From positions 9,836 to 73,835 of the forward strand of contig CAVZMI010000012.1 in assembly GCA_963776275.1 (NCBI GenBank): a stretch of 64,000 nt of DNA, read 5' to 3'. The translations under genes were made by a program, and so were the position numbers. Source of the DNA: Ignavibacteriota bacterium. GTDB taxonomy: Bacteria; Bacteroidota; Ignavibacteria; UBA10030; CAVZMI01. Under the pieces are notes generated by a model. That model worked only from the letters and a program-made list of their open reading frames with translations, did no database searches and was not told where the DNA came from. Below are positions 12,552 to 24,168 of the stretch, piece after piece (the first letter of the stretch is position 1; every line of letters begins with the position of its first letter).

Positions 12552-13949
12552 TCAGGTCGATGTCGTAATGGATAGCGCAACACGTGCCGAAGTGCGGTCT
12601 GCATTGATGACGCAGTCGCTTACTGAAATTCCACCCCGGTAATTACTGCAAATGAATAAACCAGGAACGTTTCTTTCTAGAACATCAATCGCGTCGAGAA
12701 CGTTCTGATATCCCAGATTGTACTGAGGAATTGCATGTTTCCATTGATGGACCCGTATAAATGCCGGTGCTACTTCTATGTCCATGATGGAGTGTAATTC
12801 ATCCCGGACAATCCCGAGAAGTGTGGAATCGTCAACGTCGAGAATGTCGGGCTGTCGTGAACCGCCTGCAAAAGTTGTGAGAGCCTCAAACCCTTCAGGT
12901 GTACGGCCGGGAAAAATCGCCGAGGTCCAGATTGTGCCAAGGATCTTCCGCTCTTCTTTTGCCGGGACAAGAAATCCAAACCCATCAAGGATTCGCGGAA
13001 TATGTTCTTTCCGATATCCCAGAAAAATCTCGGCGACCGGCGGATAGTAAATAGTATACAGGAGCTGCGCTGTTTCCGGAGAGATTTCTCTCAGCAATTC
13101 TGCAGCGGCGCTAGATGGTACTGCAAGAATAACTGCGAGGCATTGAATATTCCCGACTCCTCCATCATAGGTTTGATACTCGACATGGAAGCGGGGCACG
13201 GCATCAACTGATGCAGCCGAGACTTTCTGCACATGACTCTGAAACATGAAGCGGCTCCCAAGTCTTTGTGCGATTGTGCTCGGCAGAGTTTCCATGCCTC
13301 TTTTGAATGAAAACATGCGTGCACGGTCTTTTGATATTTCGGCTCTCAACCTCCGTTCCTTCCGGCCCCGGATCATTCCTTTGATTAATCCCCCGTAATT
13401 TTCTTCGAGAGCATAGAGTTTCGGCAACGCGGTACGGACACTCAATTGTTCGGGATTGCCCGCAAAGACACCTGCGATAAATGGATTGATTGCATATTCT
13501 AGGAATTCCCGGCCTAAACGGCGTTCGACGAATTCCGCTATCGTTTCTTCATCCGCCGCTCTGCCGATGAACGGTTCTTTGAAGACTCGCAGCTTTCCTT
13601 GAAGTGAGAATAAATCTGTTTTTATGAACGCCATCGGTGACATCGGAAGAGAGTGAAGTTTGCCGTCGCGAAGGATGTAACGATTGTCCGCTTCAGGATT
13701 TGCATACAAAATTTCGGACTCGATGCCGAGTTCGCTAAAAAGCTTTGCAAAAAGCGGAGTTGTCTCTAGCGCACTGTTCGGTCCTGTTTCCACCATCCAT
13801 CCGTTTTCAGCGACCGTTTGCATGGTGCCGCCCGGTGTAGAATTCTTTTCAAGCACAACCACATCGATTCCCTGCTTATGAAGCCACCAGGCTGTCGCAA
13901 GCCCTGAAATTCCTCCGCCGATAACCACAACATCATGAAAAGTACTCAT
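12552..13949 (-). CDS. hemG: Protoporphyrinogen oxidase (HemY-type)
   Basis: GGGISGL FAD motif, ETGPNS, AIPQY, GISVSDC; in hem cluster. Confidence 0.9.
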   Translation of the reverse strand: MSTFHDVVVIGGGISGLATAWWLHKQGIDVVVLEKNSTPGGTMQTVAENGWMVETGPNSALETTPLFAKLFSELGIESEILYANPEADNRYILRDGKLHSLPMSPMAFIKTDLFSLQGKLRVFKEPFIGRAADEETIAEFVERRLGREFLEYAINPFIAGVFAGNPEQLSVRTALPKLYALEENYGGLIKGMIRGRKERRLRAEISKDRARMFSFKRGMETLPSTIAQRLGSRFMFQSHVQKVSAASVDAVPRFHVEYQTYDGGVGNIQCLAVILAVPSSAAAELLREISPETAQLLYTIYYPPVAEIFLGYRKEHIPRILDGFGFLVPAKEERKILGTIWTSAIFPGRTPEGFEALTTFAGGSRQPDILDVDDSTLLGIVRDELHSIMDIEVAPAFIRVHQWKHAIPQYNLGYQNVLDAIDVLERNVPGLFICSNYRGGISVSDCVINADRTSARVALSITTST

Positions 13950-13955
13950 CGACTA

Positions 13956-14960
13956 TTATTGGAATAGTTTTGATGGTTGTTCTATATGAGATCTGACAAG
14001 TTCCGCAAGTGCTTCGATGAAAGCTGGAGAAGTGTTGAGTCCTTCGGTGACTTCAAATTGTTCGATCCCATTTTTCCTTCCGATCTCTCGCACTTCAATA
14101 TTCAGCTCGTAGAGCGTTTCAATGTGATCCGATACGAAGGCAACGGGAATTATGAGAAGATTTTTCACACCTTCATTCCCTCGCTGCCGGACCACGTCGG
14201 CGGTAAAAGGAGAAATCCATTCCTGCGGGCCGACGCGGCTCTGAAAACTCAGGTCATATTTCAAATCGTATTTCCCCATTGTCATTACAGCGGTAACTGT
14301 CTTTTCTATCTGCTCTTTATATGGATCGCCCTGTTTCACAAGTTTGAGTGGCGTTCCATGTGCACTAAATATCAGGTGGACCCTCGATCGTGATTTCTCT
14401 GGAAACCGGAGGAGTGCCTCGTTGATTCTTTCGACCATACTCCGGATATATATCGGGTGTTGAAAATAATCTTGAATTATTTCCGTTTCGAAAAAAGTTC
14501 CTGATGCATGGACGATTCTATTCCATTCATTGACGCTTGATCCCGTTGTCGATGCAGAATATTGAGGATAGAGAGGAAGAAGCAATACTCGCCGGATATT
14601 CTCACGGTTGAGGGCGTCGACGGCTTCACTTGTTGACGGTTTCCAGTAACGCATTGCGATGTACACTCGTGCAGGAAAAGTCTTATTGAGAATATTCTCG
14701 AGAGCTGCGGCCTGCCGTATCGTTATTTCATTGATCGGCGACCGGCCGCCGATTTTCTGATAATGTCCGGCAATGAGAGGAGCACGTTTTTTTGAAATTA
14801 AACGTGCAAGCGGTTTTCGGAGAAGGGAACCGAGGGGAAAATTGATGATATCCGGATCGCTGAAGAGATTGAACAGGAAAGGTTCAACTGCCTGGAGTGA
14901 ATCCGGCCCGCCAAGTTGAAGCAAGACGACTCCGATTCGCGTTGTGGGTTCTATTTTCAC
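13956..14960 (-). CDS. hemH: Ferrochelatase
   Basis: LLQLGGP, PLYPQYS, FSAHG, FQSRVGP, FVSDHIETLYE. Confidence 0.96.
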   Translation of the reverse strand: MKIEPTTRIGVVLLQLGGPDSLQAVEPFLFNLFSDPDIINFPLGSLLRKPLARLISKKRAPLIAGHYQKIGGRSPINEITIRQAAALENILNKTFPARVYIAMRYWKPSTSEAVDALNRENIRRVLLLPLYPQYSASTTGSSVNEWNRIVHASGTFFETEIIQDYFQHPIYIRSMVERINEALLRFPEKSRSRVHLIFSAHGTPLKLVKQGDPYKEQIEKTVTAVMTMGKYDLKYDLSFQSRVGPQEWISPFTADVVRQRGNEGVKNLLIIPVAFVSDHIETLYELNIEVREIGRKNGIEQFEVTEGLNTSPAFIEALAELVRSHIEQPSKLFQ

Positions 14961-14962
14961 AA

Positions 14963-16354
14963 TTACACTGTTCGTGAAAAGAGTGGATGTTCTTTCGTTA
15001 TTTTTTCAAGGTATGCATCAAAACACATTGCGATGTTTCGAATAATAAACCGGCCCATATCATGGACAGTAATGGTATCGGGACTATTCGTGACGCATCC
15101 CTCGACGAGAAAATCGGTAAGTTGATCGATTCCGTCTGCAAAATATGAATCGAACTTGATGTCGAACCGGCGCTCGACATCCCCTTTATCGATTTCAAAG
15201 TCGCACATCAATCGGTTGATAACATATTTCCGAATATGATCGTCCGAAGACATGCGGTAACCGACATGTGTTGCAAGCATTCCACTGGAGATCCTGCGAT
15301 AATATTCAGGGAGCGTCTTGGCATTCTGTGCATAGATATCGGTAAATTGGGAAATCGACGACATGCCGAAGGCGTACACGTCTGTCCCCGCTTTGGTCGA
15401 ATATCCCTGAAAATTTCTGTAGAGAGTCTTATTCTTCTGTGCAACAGAGAGCTCATCGCTCGGTTTCGCGAAATGATCCATTCCTATATACCGGTATCCC
15501 GCATCGGTGAGTTTCTCGATGGTCATTTTTAGTATTTGTAATTTCGTCTCCGGTGCCGGGAGATCCTCCGGATGTATCAATTTCATGTGCGGCTTCAACC
15601 ATGGGACATAAGCATAGTTAAACACAGCAATCCGGTCGGGTGAAATATCGATGATTTTATTGATGGTTTTCTCGAACGACCGGAGTGTCTGGAAGGGGAG
15701 TCCGTAGATCAGATCAAGATTGATACTCGAGAATCCGAGTTTCCGGCACCATTCGATTGTTGTCCGTGTCATTTTTTCGGGTTGAATTCGATTAACCGCC
15801 TGCTGGACTTTTTCATTAAAATCCTGTACGCCCATGCTTACACGGTTGAATCCGCCATCACGCAATAACTTCATGTGCTCGAAGGTGAGTCCCCGCGGAT
15901 CGATTTCAACACATGCTTCAATATCATCCGTAAAAATAAAATTTTTCCGTATAAACGAGCTCATATCGATGATGTCATCGGGATCGAGGTAGGACGGGGT
16001 TCCGCCTCCCCAGTGAAGTTGAGTAACACGGCGTTTGGACGATATCAGAGGCCGAACCAGCGATATTTCTTTTTTCACCTGCTCGTTGTATTCTTTAATA
16101 CGCTCACGGCTGTGTGTCACCAGCATTGTGCAGCCGCAAAAATAACAGAGTGTATCACAGAAGGGAAAGTGTATATAGAGCGATATATCGGAATGTATTC
16201 CATCGGCGTTTGTCCGAACAATTTCCTTTTGAAATTTGTCGGGACCAAAATCGTTGCTGAAAACCGGTGCCGTAGGATAACTTGTATAGCGCGGACCCGG
16301 TCGATCGTACTTCCGGAGTACTCCGATATCAATTGATTGAAATTGCCGCCCCAT
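14963..16354 (-). CDS. hemN: Oxygen-independent coproporphyrinogen III oxidase
   Basis: GPRYTSYPT, HFPFCDTLCYFCGC radical-SAM motif, RNFQGYS. Confidence 0.96.
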   Translation of the reverse strand: MGRQFQSIDIGVLRKYDRPGPRYTSYPTAPVFSNDFGPDKFQKEIVRTNADGIHSDISLYIHFPFCDTLCYFCGCTMLVTHSRERIKEYNEQVKKEISLVRPLISSKRRVTQLHWGGGTPSYLDPDDIIDMSSFIRKNFIFTDDIEACVEIDPRGLTFEHMKLLRDGGFNRVSMGVQDFNEKVQQAVNRIQPEKMTRTTIEWCRKLGFSSINLDLIYGLPFQTLRSFEKTINKIIDISPDRIAVFNYAYVPWLKPHMKLIHPEDLPAPETKLQILKMTIEKLTDAGYRYIGMDHFAKPSDELSVAQKNKTLYRNFQGYSTKAGTDVYAFGMSSISQFTDIYAQNAKTLPEYYRRISSGMLATHVGYRMSSDDHIRKYVINRLMCDFEIDKGDVERRFDIKFDSYFADGIDQLTDFLVEGCVTNSPDTITVHDMGRFIIRNIAMCFDAYLEKITKEHPLFSRTV

Positions 16355-16371
16355 TGGTTTTTGTCTTCCCC

Positions 16372-16771
16372 TTATTCGTTCAGTATTTTTTGAACGGCGC
16401 GTAGTAATTCTTCGATTCTATACGGTTTCTGAACGACACCCTGAACTCCCAGTGCAATGATTTCCTGGGCAGTCTCATCCTTGCTGTGTCCTGTCGAAAG
16501 TATAATGTTCACATCTCTATTGATTTTTCTGAGCTTAAGAAATGTCTCTCGTCCGCTCATACGGGGCATCGTCAAATCGAGAATAATGCAATCTATTTTT
16601 TCCTTGCTATCCTTGAAAATAGAAATTCCTTCAATTCCATCCTGTGCGCACACGATTTTATATCCCTCCATCTCAAGTATTTCGCGTGCGAGTTCTCGGA
16701 TCAATCTCTTCATCATCAATAATCAGGATCGTATGCGATGACAACGGTGCACTGGTATTTGATCCTTGCAT
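16372..16771 (-). CDS. Single-domain response regulator inside hem operon (frameshift near 16705)
   Basis: TILIIDDEE / LIRELAREIL, ILDLTMP, VQKPY. Confidence 0.8.
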
Positions 16772-16788
16772 TTAAATACCCCATGGAT

Positions 16789-17838
16789 TTAGTATGAATG
16801 ATATGGAACGCTTTCTTCTTTCACGGCCAGAACAAATGCTTTTACGTGTTCGACTGGCGTGTCAGGATAAATACCATGCCCCAGGTTACAAATGTGTCCT
16901 TCACCTTTCCCGTATTTTGCCAGGATATTTTTTACTCCTTCCCGGATCTTTTCGGGTGGCGCGTAGAGCAATGCCGGATCCAGATTTCCCTGAAGAGCGA
17001 CTTTCCCCTCCACTATCGTCCGTGCATCCCCGATATCGATATCCAATCGAGTCCGACAACATCGGTACCAATTTCCGCAATGTCTCTTAAGTGAATAATC
17101 CCGCCCCTTTGCAGAACACGATGACCGGCACGTCCGGCTGTTTTAATGGATCTGACGATATGTTCAATATATCGCAATGAAAATTCCTTGAAATCATCCG
17201 GGGTGAGAATTCCACCCCACGTATCGAAAATCTGAATTGCCTGTGCGCCGGCTTGAATTTGCGCTTCACAAAATTGAATCACCGAATGCGCGATTTTGTC
17301 GAGGAGTGCATGAAGTATCGATGGCTGAGAATACATCATCATTTTGATCGATAGGAAATCCTTCGTACCTCTTCCTTCGATCATATAGTTAGCCAGTGTC
17401 CATGGTGATCCGACAAAACCGATCAGGGGTACCCGGCCGTTAAGCTCTTTCCGTGCAAGGCGAATGGTGTCCATGACATATCCGAGTTTTTGGCAAGGAT
17501 CAGGAATGATTAATTTTTGGATATCCGCTGCAGTACTTGATAGGTTCCGGAAATCGAGGTCCACCTTTCCCTTCTTCGACGATAAGTTCCATTCCCATTG
17601 CCTGCGGGAGAACGAGAATATCGGAAAATATTATTGCTGCATCGACCCCAAGGATATCGACAGGCTGGAGAGTGACTTCCGCTGCAAGCTCAGGTGTCGT
17701 GCACATCGTCAGGAAATTCACTTTCGAGCGAATCGCACGGTATTCCGGAAGATATCGGCCGGCCTGGCGCATGATCCAGACCGGTGTACGGTGGACATGA
17801 AGTCGACAACATGCCTGAAGAAAAATATCGTTTTGCAT
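16789..17838 (-). CDS. hemE: Uroporphyrinogen decarboxylase (frameshifted)
   Basis: [39 protein letters not shown]. Confidence 0.93.
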
Positions 17839-17839
17839 T

Positions 17840-18675
17840 TTATTTTCTGATATTATGATGGTATAAGCGTACGATCGAATCTATAAGAGCCTCACTGGTC
17901 GAGCGTGCCGGAATAATTGTCGGTCGATATTCCCTCCATCTGAAGGGCTTCAGCCGTTACTGTTCCAATGACGGCTGTCTGGATTCCCCGAAAAACCGCG
18001 GATAGAGATTCATTCTCCGGAAATGCCTCCGCATCGAATGAAAAAAGCCCTCGACACTCGACGGACTAAAAAATGTAATCAGATGAATATGCCGGTTCTC
18101 CAGCATATCAAATAGAACCAGGGCTGCTGATGGATCGGCGTATTCAGTTTTATAACAATACATTCTTCAACAAGTGCACCGAATTTGTCAGACCATCGTG
18201 AACATATCTCGACCCCTGTTGCCTCTGGGTGAAAGATATCGTTTTCCCTCGATGTTAATCGGTTTCAGCGCAGCGACAAGTTCTTCTGCTGTGAAATGTT
18301 CCGGGATTATCGTCACGGTGCAATGCCGGAAGTCCGCAAAGCTTCCTGTGTCTTTATCCCGATAGCACAAAGTATTTTTTCCTTAAGATCGAACAGCGTA
18401 TTGGCATCAACACGCTGGAAGAATTTCTCGACTGCATTTACACTCGTGAAAATAATTCCATGATATCCGGCGATCTTTTTGATGCATCGATCCAGATCAT
18501 CCCACGAGTCGGGATCGCATATCCGGATTGTAGGAAATTCCAAAACATCTGCCCCCAGTGAACGGAGTGCGGTGCTGAATTCCTCTGCCTGATGAACAGC
18601 ACGTGTGACCAGAATTGTTTTTCCCCGCAAAGGGGATGTTTGTGTGATATCCGATATTTCGTGCGCGATTCCCAT
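17840..18675 (-). CDS. hemD: Uroporphyrinogen-III synthase (frameshifted; 3' end approximate)
   Basis: [23 protein letters not shown]; between hemC and hemE. Confidence 0.85.
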
Positions 18676-18681
18676 AAATGA

Positions 18682-19634
18682 TCACAATGTCGCACCACCG
18701 GTACGAATATCCCGTAGAATTACGTCAGCTCCCTCGCGAAGAAGTCTCTCTGCAAGCTGGCGGCCGAGAGTTTCAGGATCATCAGCGGTTCCCGATACAG
18801 AATCACGAATGAGCTTTGTGCCATCCAGTGAACCGACCATTGCATTAAGGGTAAGAATATCGTCTCGAACCAGACCGAAGGCACCGATAGGAATCTGACA
18901 ACCTCCTTCCAGATGCCGCAGAAGGGCTCGCTCACTCAAAGCGGCCTGAGCCGTGGGAATATGATTTAACGTTTCGACATACCGCTGTGTTTGTTCATCT
19001 CCCGTCCGTATCTCGATACCCAGCGTTCCCTGTCCGGGGGCGGGAAGGATTTCATCCGACTCAAGGAGAAAGCCGATAGCAGCATCCATCCCAAGGCGGT
19101 GGATGCCCGCATAGGCGAGCAGCATGCCATCCCAGGTGGTGATTGTGCAAGTTTATTGAAACGAGTCTGAATATTTCCCCGGATGTCGATTATCTGAAGA
19201 TCTGCGCGACGATGGAGAAGCTGGCACTTTCGTCGAAGGCTACCTGTGGCAATCGTTGCACCGTGCGGCAGATCATTGAACGATCGATAGTGTTTTGCAG
19301 GATGTGGAATGAACGAATCCCTTACGTCTTCCCGTTCCGTTATGGCGCCGATTGATAATCCATCCGGTGTTTGTGTCGGCATATCTTTGAGACTATGTAC
19401 GGCAATATCAATTCGTTTTTCAAGTAATGCCTGTTCTATTTCCCGGGTGAAGAGTCCTTTGTCTCCGATTTTCGATAGAGGTGAATCGAGAATTTTATCG
19501 CCGGTTGTCTTGATGATGCTAAGTTCGACCGCCAATGAAGTAAAATGCCTGCGGAGTTCGCCCTGGACCCATTGTGCCTGCCAGAGGGCCAGATCGCTTC
19601 CACGGGTTCCGATGACAAGTCGATCAGGTATCAT
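18682..19634 (-). CDS. hemC: Hydroxymethylbilane synthase (frameshifted)
   Basis: [39 protein letters not shown]. Confidence 0.95.
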
Positions 19635-20898
19635 GCGATTTATGTTCCAATCCGAAAAGATGCCTTATCGTGCTGATTTTTTTCAGGATTTCCTCGTCGG
19701 AGGCACCGTTTCCGTTCTTCAAATTGATGACAGGTGTATGGAGTATTTTATTGACAATTCGCTTTGTCAGTAGTTCAACCAGTTCTCTGTCCGACTCGGC
19801 GAAGCGGTTTATATGTCTTTGCACTTCGTCGCTTCTTATCGATTCGATCACCTCGCGAAGTTGTTGAATTGTCGGACTTACTTGCAGTGAATCAAACCAC
19901 TTATGAAACGACGATAACTCTTCGAGAATAATCCGGTTGACTTTTGGAATTTCTGATTTTCGTTTCTCGAGATTTTGATCTATCATTCGATTCAACGTGT
20001 CGATATCGTACAGGAATACATTCTCGATCTTTTTCGCTGCCGGATCTATATTACGGGGCATGCCGATATCGATGATGAAAAGCGGATCATTAAAGCGTTC
20101 TCTCATTACACGGCGGAGATCTGCTTCACGCATAACGAAGCCGGGTGTCGAAATACTACTGATGATAATATCGATGTTTGTAAGCTCGCTCGAGATCGAC
20201 TCAAAATCCACAACGCTTCCACCGAGTTGCGATACAATTTCCTCGGCTTTGCTCCGGGTTCGATTCACCACGACAAGTCTGCCGATGCCTCGTCCGATGA
20301 GATGTTTAGCGGTAAGTTCTCCGGTTTCGCCGGCGCCGATTAAAAGTGCCCGTTTTTTCCCGAGATCGTCAAAAATTTTTCCTGCAAGCTCGACTGCCGC
20401 ATAGCTGATTGAAACCGCCCCTTCGCAGAGTTCTGTTTCAGTCCGTACGCGTTTTCCGACATGGAATGCGTTTTCGAATAATTTGTGAGTAATGATACCG
20501 GTCGTTTGCGTCTTTCTGGCGAGGGCATATGCGTCTTTAACCTGGCCGAGAATCTGTATATCACCGATGACCATAGAGTCTGCTCCAGAAGTCATTTTGA
20601 ATAGATGATATACTGCTCCGCAGGAAAAAAAGGTATAGAAATGTTCGGGGAATGCGGCGTCGGATGCATTTTTGGTTCGTATGAGGTACTCTACAATTGT
20701 GTCGCCACTTAAAACATCTTCGCCGGTCAGCCCGTAAAGTTCGGTTCGATTACACGTAGAAAAGAGGACGGCTTCATTGAGCATGGATTCTGTCAACTCC
20801 GCCAACGATTTTTGTATTTCATCGTCCGTGAAAAACAGCCGTTCCCGAATCTCAATCGGTGCTGTTCGGTGATTGAGGCCGACTGCTATGAGGTTCAT
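19624..20898 (-). CDS. hemA: Glutamyl-tRNA reductase
   Basis: [28 protein letters not shown]. Confidence 0.96.
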   Translation of the reverse strand: MNLIAVGLNHRTAPIEIRERLFFTDDEIQKSLAELTESMLNEAVLFSTCNRTELYGLTGEDVLSGDTIVEYLIRTKNASDAAFPEHFYTFFSCGAVYHLFKMTSGADSMVIGDIQILGQVKDAYALARKTQTTGIITHKLFENAFHVGKRVRTETELCEGAVSISYAAVELAGKIFDDLGKKRALLIGAGETGELTAKHLIGRGIGRLVVVNRTRSKAEEIVSQLGGSVVDFESISSELTNIDIIISSISTPGFVMREADLRRVMRERFNDPLFIIDIGMPRNIDPAAKKIENVFLYDIDTLNRMIDQNLEKRKSEIPKVNRIILEELSSFHKWFDSLQVSPTIQQLREVIESIRSDEVQRHINRFAESDRELVELLTKRIVNKILHTPVINLKNGNGASDEEILKKISTIRHLFGLEHKSHDT

Positions 20899-20920
20899 TG
20901 AGAGTATTTAAGCCCTTATT

Positions 20921-21745
20921 TCAATAGAAATTATGAAAGCTGCTAAAGAACATATTGATAATTGTCATTGAAAAAAAAGCAATCACAAACCCTGTAATTG
21001 CCAGGATCACCAACCGCCTTCCATGCAACCCGCCGATTTTTTTTGCGAGCAGACCGATTCCATAAAGTGCCCATATCAGAAAAGTTCCGATTAGTTTCGG
21101 ATCGGTGTATGAAAAACTCTGAAAGGCTCTTGGCAACCATACGAAACCGATGGTTATTGCAGTCGACAGGAAAATAAAACCAAAAATTGTCGATTTAAAA
21201 CTAAGTGTCGCAAGAATTTCAAGACTCGGAAGGCGTTTATAGATTACACCGAACCGGTTCGCTTTAATATCGTGATACAGCATTAAATAAAGCGATCCAT
21301 ATACAGCTGAAATTGCAAAAGCTGTAAGACCAAGTAACGCGGTTGACACATGAAAACCAAGTAGGGTACTGCGTAACACAGGTTTCACTTCATAAAGATC
21401 TTTGATGAAAATCGATGAGACAACTTGAAAAAACAACGCTAGAACGATGATGAAGGTTCCGGTTCCCCGTACCCGCGTCCGCATTTCAAGATACAGATAT
21501 GCTGCAGAAATCGAAAACGAGATTACCGACATGATTTCGAATACAGTAGTGATCGGAGGATGCTCAAAAACAACTGTACGCAGCAGAAGGTATGCCAGAT
21601 GAATACAAAGAGTGATCAGAAGAAAACCTCTTTTTGCAGGCTCGAGTGATGTGTTATTTGTGAAAAAAGCCCGTGCATATATCCAGACTGTGAACGTGTA
21701 CAGGAGAGGGAGCAGGATAGTCGTGCCGTCGATAAGATTCTTCAT
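20921..21745 (-). CDS. Cytochrome c assembly protein (CcsA/HemX-like)
   Basis: Polytopic membrane protein, RLPSLE and DPKL motifs, immediately upstream of hemA. Confidence 0.8.
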   Translation of the reverse strand: MKNLIDGTTILLPLLYTFTVWIYARAFFTNNTSLEPAKRGFLLITLCIHLAYLLLRTVVFEHPPITTVFEIMSVISFSISAAYLYLEMRTRVRGTGTFIIVLALFFQVVSSIFIKDLYEVKPVLRSTLLGFHVSTALLGLTAFAISAVYGSLYLMLYHDIKANRFGVIYKRLPSLEILATLSFKSTIFGFIFLSTAITIGFVWLPRAFQSFSYTDPKLIGTFLIWALYGIGLLAKKIGGLHGRRLVILAITGFVIAFFSMTIINMFFSSFHNFY

Positions 21746-21948
21746 GAATTCATTTTTCCTCTGGATTTTGCCATAATTAGTAAAAGGTAAACAAAAAGGG
21801 TACCACAATCAAGCAATGGAAATTCACAGGGTGAAGAGCTTTTCCATTTAGAGAAATGCTCTTTCTTGCAAATAGGGGAGTGGTTTCTTATATTTTGAAA
21901 TCAAATCATACTAGTATTTTATTTCGAGAGAGATGAGGAGTGTGTGGT

Positions 21949-23355
21949 ATGAATCCCTTCCTTGAGTTCATCGAAGCCAATAAGAATCGATATATGGATG
22001 AGCTGAAAGAGCTCATTGCTATTCCAAGTATCAGTACGAATCCCGAAAATACCGGTGACATCCAGCGGTGTGCGCAGTGGTTAGCCGATCATCTGCGAGG
22101 TCTGGGTATAGAACATGTCCAGGTCATCCCGACGGAAAAACATCCCATCGTGTATGGCGATTGGCTGCATGCAGATGGGAAACCGACAGTTCTGATTTAC
22201 GGACATTATGACGTTCAACCGGTCGATCCGATCGAGCTGTGGACGAGTCCTCCCTTTGAAGCCACGGTTCGGGAAGGAAATCTTTATGCACGCGGTACTG
22301 CGGATGATAAAGGCCAGATATTTATCCATCTCAAAGTCAATCGAGGCATACTTCAAAAATACAGGCAGTCTTCCGATCAATATAAAGTTTCTAATCGAAG
22401 GAGAAGAGGAAATTGGAAGTCCGAATCTTGAAATTTTTGTGAAAGGGAATAGCGATTACTTGCCGCCGATCTTGTATTGATTTCCGATTCTGCAATGTTT
22501 GCCAAAGGTGTTCCTTCGATATGCTATGGTTTACGGGGTCTGACTTATATGGAGGTTCAACTGACCGGTCCGAATCGGGATCTTCATTCCGGGATCATTC
22601 GGCGGATCGGTTCATAATCCAATTCAAGCGTTATGCGGAGATGATTGCTTCGCTGCATAATAAGAACGGGCGCGTCACTATTCCTGAATTTTACGATGAT
22701 GTCCGTCCACTTTCGAAGAAAGAACGCGAAGCATTTAAAAAATTACCATTTAAGGAAAAAGAGTTATGCTAAAGATCTCGGAGTGAAACAACTATACGGA
22801 GAGAAAGGGTATACAACTCTCGAACGTTTATGGGCGCGTCCTACACTCGAATGTAACGGTATTTGGGGAGGGTTCACCGGGGACGGAGCAAAGACGGTAA
22901 TTCCATCAAAGGCAGCAGCAAAGATCAGCATGCGGCTGGTACCCGACCAGGATCCCGATAGAATAGCAAAGCTATTTGAGAAACATATAAAAAAGATCGC
23001 ACCGAAACCCACTGCGGTTTTTATCGAATCTCTCCATGGTGGAAAACCTGCGATCACGCCGATTGAAAGTCCCGGAGTCCGGGCTGCAATAATAGCTCTC
23101 AAGAAGGCATTTGGAAAGACCCCGTTATATCAGCGTGAAGGCGGGTCGATTCCGATTGTCGTACAATTTGAAGAAATTCTAGGGATCTCGACGGTTTTAC
23201 TTGGTTTTGGGTTACCGGATGAAAATTCACACTCTCCGAATGAATTCCTTAATCTTGAGAATTTTTACGGTGGTATTAAAACCTCCCTGTTTTTCATGGA
23301 AGAGCTCTCTCACTTGCAGGCGGGATTCGGAAAAAAGAAGAGGAAGGGAAAATAG
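21949..23355 (+). CDS. M20 family dipeptidase (frameshifted)
   Basis: [39 protein letters not shown]. Confidence 0.9.
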
Positions 23356-23360
23356 CCCTT

Positions 23361-23915
23361 ATGGCCACGAAAATCTATACAAAAACCGGAGACAAGGGGG
23401 AGACATCGCTGTTCGGCGGAGAACGCGTTCCGAAAGACGCACTTCGAGTCGAGGCGTTTGGGACCATCGACGAGCTTAATTCACTCCTTGGGATTATACG
23501 GTCTCAGGAACTTCCGGAAAAGATTGAAGAAATTATCGGGAATATTCAGAATGACCTTTTCGTAATAGGAGCCGATCTGGCTGCTCGATATCAAAAAGGG
23601 AAAAAGCCGGGTGTTCCACGACTTAAGGCGCGTCGCACGGAAGTGCTTGAAAAATATATCGATACGATGGGAGAACATCTTGTCGAATTGCGATCATTCA
23701 TTCTTCCGGAAGGCGTACGGCCTGCCGCGGAGCTTCATTTTGCTCGAACGGTGTGCCGCCGCGCAGAACGGCTTATTGTCCGGCTCTCCCGAAGTGAAAA
23801 AATAACAACTACAATCATCCCATATATGAATCGGTTATCGGATCTTTTATTCATTCTGGCACGGCGTGTGAATGACATTAAAGATCATCATGAGAGAGTG
23901 TGGCCGCAAAAATAA
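23361..23915 (+). CDS. ATP:cob(I)alamin adenosyltransferase, PduO type
   Basis: KIYTKTGDKGET, GTIDELNS, RTVCRRAER, NRLSDLLF. Confidence 0.93.
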   Translation: MATKIYTKTGDKGETSLFGGERVPKDALRVEAFGTIDELNSLLGIIRSQELPEKIEEIIGNIQNDLFVIGADLAARYQKGKKPGVPRLKARRTEVLEKYIDTMGEHLVELRSFILPEGVRPAAELHFARTVCRRAERLIVRLSRSEKITTTIIPYMNRLSDLLFILARRVNDIKDHHERVWPQK

Positions 23916-24168
23916 TTTTTTCTTGCATTCGATAACTATTCTTTGTACACTTCGCCGAAATCGAATTGCCTTCCTTTCAAGAATATTTTTCACGATTTTT
24001 TTGGAGGAATGGTCGTGTCCAGATTATATTGTAATAGACATTTCATCACTTCTTCTATTAATTTCAATCCGAAATTTTTTTTAGAGCCGCATGGTGTCGG
24101 GTGTTATTTTGGAATAAGAGTCAATTCTAATCAACCTCGTCGTACAAACTTAATGTGAGGAGGTCTCT

